A stretch of 40,150 nucleotides of DNA from Patescibacteria group bacterium (GTDB lineage Bacteria; Patescibacteriota; Minisyncoccia; Phycocordibacterales; EsbW-18). Below, one piece after another: positions 9,178 to 18,390 of the stretch. The notes beneath the pieces were generated by a model. It saw only the letters and a program-made list of their open reading frames with translations, ran no database searches and had not been told where the DNA came from. Every line of letters begins with the position of its first letter. The first letter of the stretch is position 1. The DNA lies in NCBI GenBank assembly GCA_030917725.1, contig JAUPUE010000034.1, positions 1 through 40,150 on the forward strand, read 5' to 3'. The translations under genes were made by a program, and so were the position numbers.

Positions 9178-9208
9178 CCTCCCTCGATAAAACTCGGGAG
9201 GATTTTTT
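9178..9208 (+). terminator. rho-independent terminator
   Basis: cctccc...gggagg stem followed by attttttg. Confidence 0.6.
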
Positions 9209-9224
9209 GTTATACTAATGTCAC

Positions 9225-9635
9225 ATGCGGATCGCAACGACTCGAGCACTCATAGGCCTCCTCCTCCTCGCCGGGGTCGTTTTTATTTTACACACCGTCG
9301 CAATGGACCACTTTTTCTACTGGCGATTCTGGTGGTATGACATCATGATGCATTTTACTGGCGGCATTTTGATCGGGGGGCTCATCCTGTGGGGGATTCT
9401 CCGTGTCCGTCCGAACGTATCACGTGGAAATCTTCTTCTTATGCTGGTCATTGGCACCATCATCGTCGGCATTGGTTGGGAAGTAATGGAATATGTGGGT
9501 GGTATTACGCAGGGTGAAGCGGGATATGTTTTTGATACAGTCAAAGATTTGATAATGGATACCCTTGGCGGTCTTGTTGCGTGGGGTATCTACACGTTTA
9601 CTACTCGCAGCACATCGCCCAAAGAAATTATATGA
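9225..9635 (+). CDS. small integral membrane protein (about 4 TM), hypothetical
   Basis: 136-aa hydrophobic ORF. TATACT lies 8 nt upstream of the ATG. Its stop overlaps the next start (ATGA). Confidence 0.6.
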   Translation: MRIATTRALIGLLLLAGVVFILHTVAMDHFFYWRFWWYDIMMHFTGGILIGGLILWGILRVRPNVSRGNLLLMLVIGTIIVGIGWEVMEYVGGITQGEAGYVFDTVKDLIMDTLGGLVAWGIYTFTTRSTSPKEII

Positions 9636-10999
9636 ATCCAAAACCAGCACAACTAACATTTTGCGGCGGTGTCGGCTCGGTGACCGGCGCGAATTTTCTC
9701 CTCACTACCGAAGCAGGAAAGGTGCTCGTCGATTGTGGTATGTTCCAAGGTCATCGAATGTGCAGTGACGACAACTATGCGAAGTTTCCATATGAGCCGA
9801 GCGAAATGACCGCGCTCATCGTTACACATGCGCACATCGATCATATTGGTCGTATTCCAAAACTCGTCAAAGAAGGATTTACTGGCAAAATCTACTCGAC
9901 ACTTCAAACCAAAGACCTCGCTCGTATCATGCTCGAGGATGCTGCGCACTTGGTCGTCGAAGAGGCTCGTATCTGTAAGACAACACCTCCGTACACCGAA
10001 GCGGACCTTGCTCATGTGTTTGATAACTGGGAGACAGTAACCTACCACACACCATTTCCCGTAGGTGACCTGATGGTTACGTTCCGCGATGCGGGTCACA
10101 TCCTCGGCTCTGCCCTTGTTGAGTGCGTTCACCCTGTGTCGGGCAAAATTGTGTTCACGGGTGACCTCGGTAATTCGCCAACACTTCTTCTTCGCGATAC
10201 AGAAGTCATCGACGACGCCAAGTATATGGTCATCGAGAGCGTCTACGGTGACCGTGTACACGAAGAAACGGGGGATAGGAGTCGTATCCTCGAAACTGCC
10301 ATTGAAGGCATCATCCAGCGCAAAGGGACGCTCCTCATTCCTGCGTTTTCGATCGAGCGCACCCAACTCATCCTCTATGAGATCAACAATCTCGTCGAAC
10401 AGCACCGTATTCCTGCGATTCCCGTCTTTCTTGATTCACCGCTTGCGATTCGCGTGACGGATATTTACAAAAACGCGACAGCGCTCTTTAACGAAGAGAC
10501 CAAGAAGGCTATCGATGCTGGTGATGACGTCTTTTCATTCGATAAACTCACCTTTGTAACATCTGGTCGCGACTCGCGTTCGCTCGTCGCTGTCGAAGGT
10601 CCCAAGATTATCATCGCTGGGTCAGGTATGTCGCACGGTGGTCGCATCATCCATCACGAACGTATCTATTTGGGCGATGCCAAGAACACATTGCTTATTG
10701 TTGGGTATCAATCACCGGGGTCTATTGGCCGTCAGCTTCAAGAAGGTGCCAAAGAAATCACCATTGGAGACGAACGTATCTCGGTTGCCGCAAACATTGA
10801 GACGATTCACGGCTTCTCGGGTCACCGGGATGTAAATGGTCTCATCGAATTTATCAGCGGAGCAGCAGGATCGCTCACACGTCTCTTTGTTACGATGGGG
10901 GAGCAGAAGTCGTCGCAATATCTTGCACAACGTGCGCGTGACTATCTCGGTGTTGATGCGGTTTGTCCTCAGTTGGGTGATACTGTCGATTTGCTCTAG
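9632..10999 (+). CDS. MBL-fold beta-CASP family RNA-metabolising hydrolase (RNase J/CPSF-like)
   Basis: VTHAHIDHIGRIP (HxHxDH motif), beta-CASP-like middle part, C-terminal HGFSGHRD. Start set at MNPKPAQL (9632). Confidence 0.75.
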   Translation: MNPKPAQLTFCGGVGSVTGANFLLTTEAGKVLVDCGMFQGHRMCSDDNYAKFPYEPSEMTALIVTHAHIDHIGRIPKLVKEGFTGKIYSTLQTKDLARIMLEDAAHLVVEEARICKTTPPYTEADLAHVFDNWETVTYHTPFPVGDLMVTFRDAGHILGSALVECVHPVSGKIVFTGDLGNSPTLLLRDTEVIDDAKYMVIESVYGDRVHEETGDRSRILETAIEGIIQRKGTLLIPAFSIERTQLILYEINNLVEQHRIPAIPVFLDSPLAIRVTDIYKNATALFNEETKKAIDAGDDVFSFDKLTFVTSGRDSRSLVAVEGPKIIIAGSGMSHGGRIIHHERIYLGDAKNTLLIVGYQSPGSIGRQLQEGAKEITIGDERISVAANIETIHGFSGHRDVNGLIEFISGAAGSLTRLFVTMGEQKSSQYLAQRARDYLGVDAVCPQLGDTVDLL

Positions 11000-11029
11000 C
11001 TCGCGTGCCACGTCATACTGTCTTTAGAT

Positions 11030-11656
11030 ATGACTAATCCCAACATACCAAAAACTCGGCAGATTAAACTCTGCGTTTCCGGTGCAGCAGAGACGAGCCA
11101 CTGCGGCCCTCGCGCATACGAAGTCGCCAAGGAGCTCGGGCGCGAAATCGCTCGCCAAGGCGCGGCTCTCAATACCGGCGCAACAACAGGTTTTCCGCTC
11201 TGGGCGGCAATTGGTGCTCACGAAGCTGGCGGGCAGTCTATTGGTTTCTCCCCAGCCGCATCTGAACGCGAACACACCGAAGCGTACCGTCTTCCCATCG
11301 ACTACATGGACCTCTTGGTCTACACAGGATTCGGCTACTCGGGCCGCGATCTCATTCTCACGCACTCATCTGACGGTATTCTCTTTGGTTGCGGACGCAT
11401 TGGTACGATTCACGAGTTCACTACCGCTTTTGAAGACAATAAGCCCATCGGTATTCTCCAGGGAGAGTGGACGATGGACGAGACGCTCAAGACCATTCTT
11501 GAACGCAGCAATCGTTCATACAACAAGGTGGTTTTCGACACCAATCCACATGACTTGGTCGCCAAAGTGATGGAGCTCGTCAAAAAAGATCAAATAGAGA
11601 ACAAGATGACGTATAGCGCTCGACCGACTGAGGAGGATGGGGTCGTGCACGGATAG
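11030..11656 (+). CDS. TIGR00725/LOG-like Rossmann-fold (SLOG) protein
   Basis: KLCVSGAAE...AKELGREIARQGAALNTGATTG...GGQSIGFSP...GCGRIGTIHEF pattern typical of the LOG/TIGR00725 family. Confidence 0.55.
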   Translation: MTNPNIPKTRQIKLCVSGAAETSHCGPRAYEVAKELGREIARQGAALNTGATTGFPLWAAIGAHEAGGQSIGFSPAASEREHTEAYRLPIDYMDLLVYTGFGYSGRDLILTHSSDGILFGCGRIGTIHEFTTAFEDNKPIGILQGEWTMDETLKTILERSNRSYNKVVFDTNPHDLVAKVMELVKKDQIENKMTYSARPTEEDGVVHG

Positions 11657-12010
11657 ATGTCTATGAAAAAATCACGCAAACTGAATATCATCGCGACAGT
11701 GGTCCTTTTGTTGCCGGTTTTTCTCGTGCTCTACGTTCGCCTTGCGGATATGGGTATCGGAGGCTTTGCGTTTGTGCCGATAATCATCGTTCTTCTGCCG
11801 GTCAGCTTTTTGCTTGCCTTCGTATTTTATTTCTTAGCTGCGCGGGCGCATCACAAAGAGATGATTTCTCAGCCAGCAGTGACCGCCACAGGACTACGTC
11901 AACACATCAACCCCATGCTTGCTGTCGGTATCATTTTCGTTGTGGCTTGCGCTTTGTGCGGATACTTCATATTTAGTCCGTTGATGTTTCTCTTTTCCAA
12001 TATCTTTTAA
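11657..12010 (+). CDS. small membrane protein (3 TM), hypothetical
   Basis: 117-aa hydrophobic ORF starting immediately after the previous stop. Confidence 0.5.
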   Translation: MSMKKSRKLNIIATVVLLLPVFLVLYVRLADMGIGGFAFVPIIIVLLPVSFLLAFVFYFLAARAHHKEMISQPAVTATGLRQHINPMLAVGIIFVVACALCGYFIFSPLMFLFSNIF

Positions 12011-12016
12011 CTGACC

Positions 12017-12057
12017 ACAACAAAAACTCCCCCGCTGAGCGGGGGAGTTTTTGTTGT
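12017..12057. terminator. bidirectional rho-independent terminator
   Basis: acaacaaaaactcccccgc-tgag-cgggggagtttttgttgt between convergent genes. Confidence 0.85.
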
Positions 12058-12059
12058 GC

Positions 12060-12407
12060 TTACTTCGTGACTTCTTTGACGATTCGTTCGAAGACTGCTG
12101 GGTATTGGTGAGCGATTTCTGAAAGGACTTTGCGGTTCAAGAGGACGTTCTTCTTTTTGAGGAGGCCCATGAACTTGCTGTACGAGAGGTCGTATTTCTT
12201 GAGACCTGCCGTCATACGAACCTGCCAGAGCTGACGGAAGTCTGCCTTCTTGTCGCGGCGGTGTGCAAAGGCGTGGAGGCCGGCCTTCACCAAGTTTTCC
12301 TTGGCAAGCTTCTCCTTGCTCTTGCGGGTGTTACGGAAGCCCTTTGCTGCGCGAAGGACGTTCTTTCGGCGCTTGAGCGATGTTTTTCCTCGTTTAACTC
12401 GTGTCAT
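12060..12407 (-). CDS. rplT: 50S ribosomal protein L20
   Basis: MTRVKRGKTSLKRRKNVLRAAKGFR... is the canonical L20 N-terminus. Last gene of the infC-rpmI-rplT order. Confidence 0.95.
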   Translation of the reverse strand: MTRVKRGKTSLKRRKNVLRAAKGFRNTRKSKEKLAKENLVKAGLHAFAHRRDKKADFRQLWQVRMTAGLKKYDLSYSKFMGLLKKKNVLLNRKVLSEIAHQYPAVFERIVKEVTK

Positions 12408-12431
12408 AGGTCGTTGCTAACTATTAGTGAT

Positions 12432-12638
12432 TTAAGAAGTCTTCTTTTTCTTCGCTGCTCCTGGAAGGAAGCGGCCTCGGTCCTTTGCACTCATCTGCAT
12501 CGGCTTGTTCGACTTGCGGTTAAGCTGGGTCGAGCGCGATTCCTTGGCGTTGTAGTGGTTTCCGCCTGACTTGCGTCGAAGAATCTTGCCGTTCTTGGTG
12601 ACACGGAGACGCTTGGTGAATGATTTGTTGCTTTTCAT
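12432..12638 (-). CDS. rpmI: 50S ribosomal protein L35
   Basis: MKSNKSFTKRLRVTKNGKILRRKSGGNHY... is L35-like. Sits between infC and rplT. Confidence 0.9.
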   Translation of the reverse strand: MKSNKSFTKRLRVTKNGKILRRKSGGNHYNAKESRSTQLNRKSNKPMQMSAKDRGRFLPGAAKKKKTS

Positions 12639-12673
12639 ATCGATATGTAAATTGTTGCCTTGCTATTGTCGCC

Positions 12674-13198
12674 TTACTTTCCTTTCTCAATCACCAACGT
12701 CATGCCCTTCGGTCCGCTCGACGGTGGTTCGGCCACCTTGTATTCGACGGTCAGGAGTTTGAGGAATCGTTCCATGCGCTCCTTGAGAAAGTCCTTGTCG
12801 AGATACTTTGCTCGTCCCTGAAGGTACAGACCGAATTTGACGCGGTGGCCTTCGGTAAGCCACTCTGACGCCTGTTTCGCTTTGATCATAAGGCTCTGCT
12901 CGCTCGTACCGATGCGCATCTGGAGGGCTTTGGTCTCCGTCGCGTGCGATTTTGCCTTATGCTCCTGCTGTTTCTTCTTCTGTTCGTACTGGTATTTGCC
13001 GTACTCCATGATCTTTGCGATCGGAGGAACGATACCTGGAGATACCTCGATAAGGTCGAGTCCCGCGTCGCGAGCCGCCTGAAGGGCGTCTGCGCGCGAG
13101 AGAACGCCGAGGTTCGCTCCATCCGAGCCAATCACGCGCACTTCAGGTGCTGAGATGTACTCGTTGATGCGTACTCGTTGCGTTGTTTCTCTACTCAC
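12674..13198 (-). CDS. infC: translation initiation factor IF-3 (GTG start)
   Basis: RINEYISAPEVRVIGSDGANLGV...DLIEVSP...KIMEYGKYQYEQKKK motifs. First codon is GTG. Confidence 0.9.
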   Translation of the reverse strand: MSRETTQRVRINEYISAPEVRVIGSDGANLGVLSRADALQAARDAGLDLIEVSPGIVPPIAKIMEYGKYQYEQKKKQQEHKAKSHATETKALQMRIGTSEQSLMIKAKQASEWLTEGHRVKFGLYLQGRAKYLDKDFLKERMERFLKLLTVEYKVAEPPSSGPKGMTLVIEKGK

Positions 13199-13432
13199 GT
13201 GGTATCTAAAGAAGTTATAAACAGCCTAAGGGAACAGGGCCAAATGTACCATGTTGTGGCCTTGAAGGCAAGGATTTAGGCCGTGGTTCGGATTCTGTGG
13301 GGTGTCTGCAACCATTTTGTCCATGAACTCGAATATGGGCTTCTTTGGGTGATTCGGGTATGGAATGGTAAGGTGTTTTTAGCCTTATGTTGGGGTAAAG
13401 ACGAGAATCAAGTTTCAATTAAATTTTCAAAA

Positions 13433-13858
13433 ATGGACCTATCAATAAACCTTGAAAACACCACTCTCTATATTCGGGTCGCTGGTCTAGTTAAAACCAG
13501 TAAGGGTTTTTTGTTTGAAAAAAGCCACAAGGGGTATATCTACACCGTTGGCGGCAAAATAAAATTGAATGAATCTTCAGAAGATGCGATAAAAAGGGAA
13601 GTTATGGAAGAACTGGGGATGCGTTTTGAGCACTTTGCTTTGCGTTCGGTCATTGAAAACTTTTTTGTAAAAGGGACCGAAAAGGTGCACGAAATCTGCT
13701 TTGTGTATGACATAGAAGATCTGTTCGAAGGTCCGTTACCCGAAGGTTTTATCGAAGTTCCGATTGAGGATCTTGATAAACACGATATCCGGCCGGATGT
13801 CGTCACCCCTCTTCTCAAAGAGGGCGGAGACACAATTAAGCATATTATAAAAAAGTAG
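13433..13858 (+). CDS. NUDIX hydrolase
   Basis: Nudix box GGKIKLNESSEDAIKREVMEELG. Start set at MDLSINLE (13433). AT-rich. Confidence 0.75.
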   Translation: MDLSINLENTTLYIRVAGLVKTSKGFLFEKSHKGYIYTVGGKIKLNESSEDAIKREVMEELGMRFEHFALRSVIENFFVKGTEKVHEICFVYDIEDLFEGPLPEGFIEVPIEDLDKHDIRPDVVTPLLKEGGDTIKHIIKK

Positions 13859-13866
13859 ATCCGAGT

Positions 13867-14508
13867 ATGGAAACAACTATGGGTTTTTCTTCCAACTTCA
13901 GGACTGTTTACAGCAACCTCTACAAGCTTCACCCTCAGCTTGATAATGAGGAATTTCGCTTCCGCTATCTGCGGGTAGATTGGTTTTTCCCTCAGCATAT
14001 CAACAATGTTTTGGAGCAGATCAAGCGGCTAGGGACAAAATACTTTCCGGAGGTTGATTTGGAAGTGGCTCTTTTTGCCGGACTTATGCATGATGCCGGT
14101 TTGGTTTATAACAGAGAAACATCTTCGCCGCTGGGTCATGAACAGAGGAGTGAAGAATATGCAAGAAGAGAACTGAGCGCCCTTAGTTACTCGGAGGAGT
14201 TCATTGGTCGGGTTTGTGAATGTATTAAGGCAACTGAACCGGCGTATCAAGCGTCTTCTCCCGAGGCACTTCTTGTGAGAAATGCAGACGCGTATGCACA
14301 CATGATATCGATGCACTTTTTTGCGAAATCAAATTTCAGCAAAGATATAGCTTCCTTCGTTGATTGGTTTTCAGATAAGCTCAAAACGACTCATTCAAAA
14401 ATCACTATTCCAGAGCTCAGGGAGGAGTTAAAACCAACGGTTTCTTTCTATGAAAGTTTGATCGAAAACTATAGGAGAAATAGAGACATAGAGGACTACT
14501 GTGTTTAA
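13867..14508 (+). CDS. HD-domain phosphohydrolase
   Basis: LFAGLMHDAG (HD dyad) and a later NADAYAH motif. 213 aa. Confidence 0.65.
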   Translation: METTMGFSSNFRTVYSNLYKLHPQLDNEEFRFRYLRVDWFFPQHINNVLEQIKRLGTKYFPEVDLEVALFAGLMHDAGLVYNRETSSPLGHEQRSEEYARRELSALSYSEEFIGRVCECIKATEPAYQASSPEALLVRNADAYAHMISMHFFAKSNFSKDIASFVDWFSDKLKTTHSKITIPELREELKPTVSFYESLIENYRRNRDIEDYCV

Positions 14509-14511
14509 TAT

Positions 14512-15042
14512 CTAGTCCGAAATCAACTTCGCGATCTCACCAGCGGTCTCCAAGGGCGTTTTTCCATCCGTATTCACGATGGTACAGGAGTGTTTTTTGA
14601 AGAGGTCTCGCACCAAAGGGGCATCCGCCACCATTTTGTCGATGAATTCGGACACCGGCTTTCCAGAGGCTCGTTCTATCTCTGCGATGCTCTGAGGGGT
14701 CGTGTGACGCCCCATAAGGCGCGAACGAAGGGTGTCGTCTGATGCATCGAGCATGATGGGGCAGACCTCGAGATCTCCCTCCAGTCCAACTTCCGCCAAA
14801 CCTTCGGGTTGTGCGAAACCGCAGATGATTGTTGAAACACCTCTCATTGCGTTTTCATTTCCCACATCGATCCAGTGACGCATCTCTTTGTCATGCCACT
14901 CTTTTCCTCCACCATCAGGAACACCACGTTCATCGAGATCGTGAACGTCGTATTGATTAGCAGGAAGCAGTGCCCGTAGATGGGGGATGAGGGAAGATTT
15001 ACCAACCCCCGAGACTCCCGAGATGAAATAGATTTTAGGCAT
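14512..15042 (-). CDS. P-loop NTPase / nucleotide-kinase-like protein
   Basis: MPKIYFISGVSGVGKSSL Walker A. Start at 15042 overlaps the upstream NUDIX stop by 8 nt. Confidence 0.6.
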   Translation of the reverse strand: MPKIYFISGVSGVGKSSLIPHLRALLPANQYDVHDLDERGVPDGGGKEWHDKEMRHWIDVGNENAMRGVSTIICGFAQPEGLAEVGLEGDLEVCPIMLDASDDTLRSRLMGRHTTPQSIAEIERASGKPVSEFIDKMVADAPLVRDLFKKHSCTIVNTDGKTPLETAGEIAKLISD

Positions 15043-15451
15043 TGCTCCTGAGCTCTTCATATGCGCGCAAACAATCAACGAGATAATCTACTGTTTTGTA
15101 GTCTCCAATCGTTGAAGGGCTAATCCAAGCATAAGTATCGTGATCTTCGGGGGAGACGGTCACATCCGTGGCCGATGTTCTTGCATGAAAGACGAGTGTT
15201 ATGAATTGCTTGTTTTTTGATGTATCGACATTCGATTTCTGGAAGAACAGGCGCACATCTGAGACATCGAGGCCGGTCTCTTCTTTGGTTTCTCGTATCG
15301 CTCCCTCGGCAGGATCTTCTCCATCCTCAAGTGTGCCTCCGGGTATATCCCAATAGCCGGGGAGTACGTCGTCGTGCTTCGAGCGTTGGAGGATGAGTAC
15401 TTCGCCACGGTCATTTGCTATGACCGTGTGTACGATGAGTCCTTTATGCAT
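15035..15451 (-). CDS. NUDIX hydrolase
   Basis: Nudix box GGTLEDGEDPAEGAIRETKEETGL. Confidence 0.8.
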   Translation of the reverse strand: MHKGLIVHTVIANDRGEVLILQRSKHDDVLPGYWDIPGGTLEDGEDPAEGAIRETKEETGLDVSDVRLFFQKSNVDTSKNKQFITLVFHARTSATDVTVSPEDHDTYAWISPSTIGDYKTVDYLVDCLRAYEELRSNA

Positions 15452-15454
15452 ATA

Positions 15455-17131
15455 TTACTTTTGAACGAGAGAGCTCAACGTGGGGCGGAGGTTGGTGGGC
15501 AATTCGACGAAGAATGTCGATCCGGTGCCTCGTCCGGCTGATTCAGCCCAGATCTTGCCTTGGTGGGCATCGACGATTTGCTTGGCGATGAAGAGACCGT
15601 ATCCGGTCGAGTGAGGGTTCACGAGGCGCGACTCTTTGCCGTGGCCACCTTCGGTAAAGAGAACCTTCTTGTCATCTTCGGTGAGACCGATACCACTGTC
15701 TTTGACCGAGAAGCGGAGCATGTTGGCGTTGTGTTCGAGATGTACGGTTACATCGCCGGTAGGGGTGTAGTTGATCGCGTTGTTTACGAGATTCACGATG
15801 ACGTGGTTGAGGACCTGATCGCCGTCGCCGACCATGGTGTAGTCGGCAGGCGCGATATCGAGGTTGAACGTGAGCCCCTTTGCCTTTGCATTTTCTGTAG
15901 GTGTGACGAGTGCATCATTGAGCAGCTTCTTGAAGTCGAACTGCTTCATAGCGTACGCCACTTTACCCGTCTTGAAGTCTGCGATGCGGAGGAAGTTCTG
16001 GATTTCACGAACAGCTGCGCGGTTTTTGACAAGCGCTTCAGACGTCATGGTGCTCATATCGGGCGTCATCGGTCCAAATGCACCCGTTCTGAGTGCGTCG
16101 AGCGCAGCGGCACCGTCGGTGAGGTAACCCTTAACTTCATGTGTGATGAAGCGCATGGTCTCTTGCTGTCGCTTGTTCGCAAGCTCGAGCTTTTCACGGA
16201 GACTGATTTCATATTTCACGCTTCGAACCAAGAGGAATCCAAACCCAAGAGATAAGGCCAGCGTGAAAACATTGAGCACCTTACTGACGGGATTTCTTAT
16301 AAAAAAGAATTGAAAACCTATGAGAAGGAATAGAGATACCACTAAGGCCTGTGTGGCAATTAATTTAACATTGAATGCTTTATACCGGACGATGATATAC
16401 GCAAGGAAACCAACAAACACAGTCATACCAAAGTATCCGTATTGCTCAAGCGTGAATGTATCAGGGGCACCACCGAGTAGATTTACAATACTTGCATAAT
16501 AGGCCGTGCCAGCAAAGGCAAAGAGAAAAAATGAAATCCCCAGAGTCGCAAATATCGTCCTCTTTCTTTTTGTTGGGTCAGTAATTTTAGGAATGGTTAT
16601 AAAAGCAAACGAGATGATTGCGAAGAAAATCAAAAGTGAAAAACCAAAAATCAGATTGAGTACTAGGGTTCCTTCTGATGCGCTACAGTTATAAGTGTCA
16701 AAGAACTCCAAATTTAAGTTTGTTGATGAGAGTATAAGAACCCCAATAAGTGATAGTGCGGAAATAGCTTTCGTGAAAAACGGCACGTCCACCTCTTTTA
16801 TATAGACATAAAGGAAATAGGCCGCTAGGAAAAATACCGCTATGAACAAGAAGATCCAAAATGACCAAAGGAACATCAACCAACTGCTATCTATAAGTAT
16901 CCATAAGAAGATATCCAATATTGCGAGGATGGAAAAGACTGACGAAAGTGCTAGCAATATCCGAGAGGGGAGGAAACTCTTGTTTTTTATGAAAACAAAG
17001 AAACTGAGGAAAAGTGAGACAATGATGGCCGTAAGGTGGGAGTAGTAGACCAAGACAGGGACACCTGTCGAAAATATGCCGAATCGCAGAGAGTTGACTA
17101 TTAAAAGAGATAGTTCATCGGTACAAAACAT
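15455..17131 (-). CDS. sensor histidine kinase with ~9-10 TM N-terminal domain
   Basis: H-box RFITHEVKGYL. HATPase_c motifs NLVNNAINYT, DSGIGL, GYGLFIAKQIV. N-terminal 300 aa very hydrophobic. Confidence 0.85.
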   Translation of the reverse strand: MFCTDELSLLIVNSLRFGIFSTGVPVLVYYSHLTAIIVSLFLSFFVFIKNKSFLPSRILLALSSVFSILAILDIFLWILIDSSWLMFLWSFWIFLFIAVFFLAAYFLYVYIKEVDVPFFTKAISALSLIGVLILSSTNLNLEFFDTYNCSASEGTLVLNLIFGFSLLIFFAIISFAFITIPKITDPTKRKRTIFATLGISFFLFAFAGTAYYASIVNLLGGAPDTFTLEQYGYFGMTVFVGFLAYIIVRYKAFNVKLIATQALVVSLFLLIGFQFFFIRNPVSKVLNVFTLALSLGFGFLLVRSVKYEISLREKLELANKRQQETMRFITHEVKGYLTDGAAALDALRTGAFGPMTPDMSTMTSEALVKNRAAVREIQNFLRIADFKTGKVAYAMKQFDFKKLLNDALVTPTENAKAKGLTFNLDIAPADYTMVGDGDQVLNHVIVNLVNNAINYTPTGDVTVHLEHNANMLRFSVKDSGIGLTEDDKKVLFTEGGHGKESRLVNPHSTGYGLFIAKQIVDAHQGKIWAESAGRGTGSTFFVELPTNLRPTLSSLVQK

Positions 17132-17140
17132 GTGGATGTC

Positions 17141-17674
17141 CTAGTGATTATTGTGTGAGCTGTCTATGAGGTCTTGTACGTATCTCGAAAAAAAACCGGC
17201 GTATCTTTTTTGAAGTTCGGGAAGTTTCCAGTCTTTTCCAATAATAACCGTCTTGCGACATTTATCAGATCCACACAAGCATGTTAGGTTCTCCCAGTCC
17301 TCGTCCTCAGGTTGTACGTCGCTCATCGCATAATCAAAGGTGATTTCTTCACCCACAGCTATGTCTCGCATACTCACCATAGTGATTTGTCCTTTGAAAC
17401 CACATGTGGGGTCGCAAGAGTGATTTACAGAGAAGATACCATCCTGCGCCTCTTTTGATGTGTTAAGAGGACATATATAAACATCTTTCTCTACTTGAAA
17501 AGCATGGTACCAGAATGGTTCAAATTCTTCGGTGTCAAAACGTGTTTTGTGAATCATTCGACCACCTTGAACAATAAGGATTTCACCCGCAGATATTTTT
17601 TCGGTTGCAAAAGTTCCGAGTCCAATCTTTCCTTCCTTTACACAAATTTTGTTACTTACCCAAGAGCCAAGCAT
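17141..17674 (-). CDS. SET-domain protein (putative lysine methyltransferase)
   Basis: NHSCDPTC, EEITFDY and post-SET CLCGSDKC motifs. ATG at 17674 is preceded by TG-n-TAAAAT plus 6 nt. Confidence 0.75.
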   Translation of the reverse strand: MLGSWVSNKICVKEGKIGLGTFATEKISAGEILIVQGGRMIHKTRFDTEEFEPFWYHAFQVEKDVYICPLNTSKEAQDGIFSVNHSCDPTCGFKGQITMVSMRDIAVGEEITFDYAMSDVQPEDEDWENLTCLCGSDKCRKTVIIGKDWKLPELQKRYAGFFSRYVQDLIDSSHNNH

Positions 17675-17739
17675 TACCAAATTTTACCACAGAATATAGT
17701 GGAAAACAGAAAAGGGGGGCGACGATGTGCCGCTCCCCC

Positions 17740-18252
17740 TTAAAAAAATTCTACGAACCGACTGGCCCAAGCGTAGCCCTCGTGTGCCGACCAGTAAATG
17801 GCGGTCCAGACGATCATTGCTACAAGTGTGGACGGAAGGGTGATTCTGTAACCGTTTTCCCAGAATGACGCCCCCTTATCTCGGAGAAACAGGGTGACAT
17901 AATCGGGATCAAGGTAGAACCAGCTTCCAATCCAGAAGATTGCCACTCGGCGACGAAGCACCCAACGACGGAATCCTCCCTTTTCCTCTGCGTCCTTGCG
18001 CATCTCGTCGATGCCGGTCATGTCCTTCCCGCGCTTTGCAAGTAGATCGTTCGTAAAAACTACGAGCGAACAGAGAGCAAAGTTGAGAGGGGTGCAGATG
18101 AGAAAGGCCTTCAGAACTCCGTAATGCGGATCGGTCCAGATGAAGAAAATCATCAGTCCATCGATGAGTCTCGTCGGAACAGTCAGTGCTCGTTCGATCA
18201 GGAGGTATTTCCCCCCGACCTTAAACCAGGAAAACCAGGTTTTCCAGCTCAT
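17740..18252 (-). CDS. hypothetical membrane protein (about 4 TM)
   Basis: 170-aa ORF with hydrophobic helices. Has a ~70-nt leader with GAGGAG upstream of the ATG. Confidence 0.55.
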   Translation of the reverse strand: MSWKTWFSWFKVGGKYLLIERALTVPTRLIDGLMIFFIWTDPHYGVLKAFLICTPLNFALCSLVVFTNDLLAKRGKDMTGIDEMRKDAEEKGGFRRWVLRRRVAIFWIGSWFYLDPDYVTLFLRDKGASFWENGYRITLPSTLVAMIVWTAIYWSAHEGYAWASRFVEFF

Positions 18253-18322
18253 GGGGGGGCATCTCCTCTGTGGCGCCTGTTGGAATGTGCGTGGTTGGAT
18301 CCTATATCCAACCTCCTCTTGT

Positions 18323-18352
18323 ATTATAGCACAAGAAAAAGCCTTTTGTCAA
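18323..18352 (-). promoter_or_regulatory. sigma70-like promoter TTGACA-N18-TATAAT for the 18252 gene
   Basis: Minus strand reads ttgacaaaaggctttttcttgtgctataat. The leader contains an 8-bp hairpin ggttggat/atccaacc. Confidence 0.5.
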
Positions 18353-18390
18353 GGCACCGATTAGGCCTTATTTAAGGGCTTAAACGTCAA

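Noticed and set aside
9653-10405. 250-aa ORF antisense to the beta-CASP hydrolase gene; likewise 15560..16255 antisense to the histidine kinase and 3561..4459 antisense ORFs in the ATPase gene
   Set aside because: They are antisense shadows of well-supported genes and carry no motifs.
12461-12483. SRP-RNA-like string cctggaaggaagcggcc
   Set aside because: It lies inside the rpmI coding sequence on the opposite strand, with no surrounding helix 8 context. It is probably coincidence.
13199-13432. Possible L20-binding leader or attenuator upstream of infC
   Set aside because: The region has hairpins (gcctaa...ttaggc, ggcca...tggcc). However, a TAGATA/TTAGAT -10-like box sits 4-5 nt before the infC GTG, suggesting a leaderless start. 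I cannot match the known L20-leader structure by eye.
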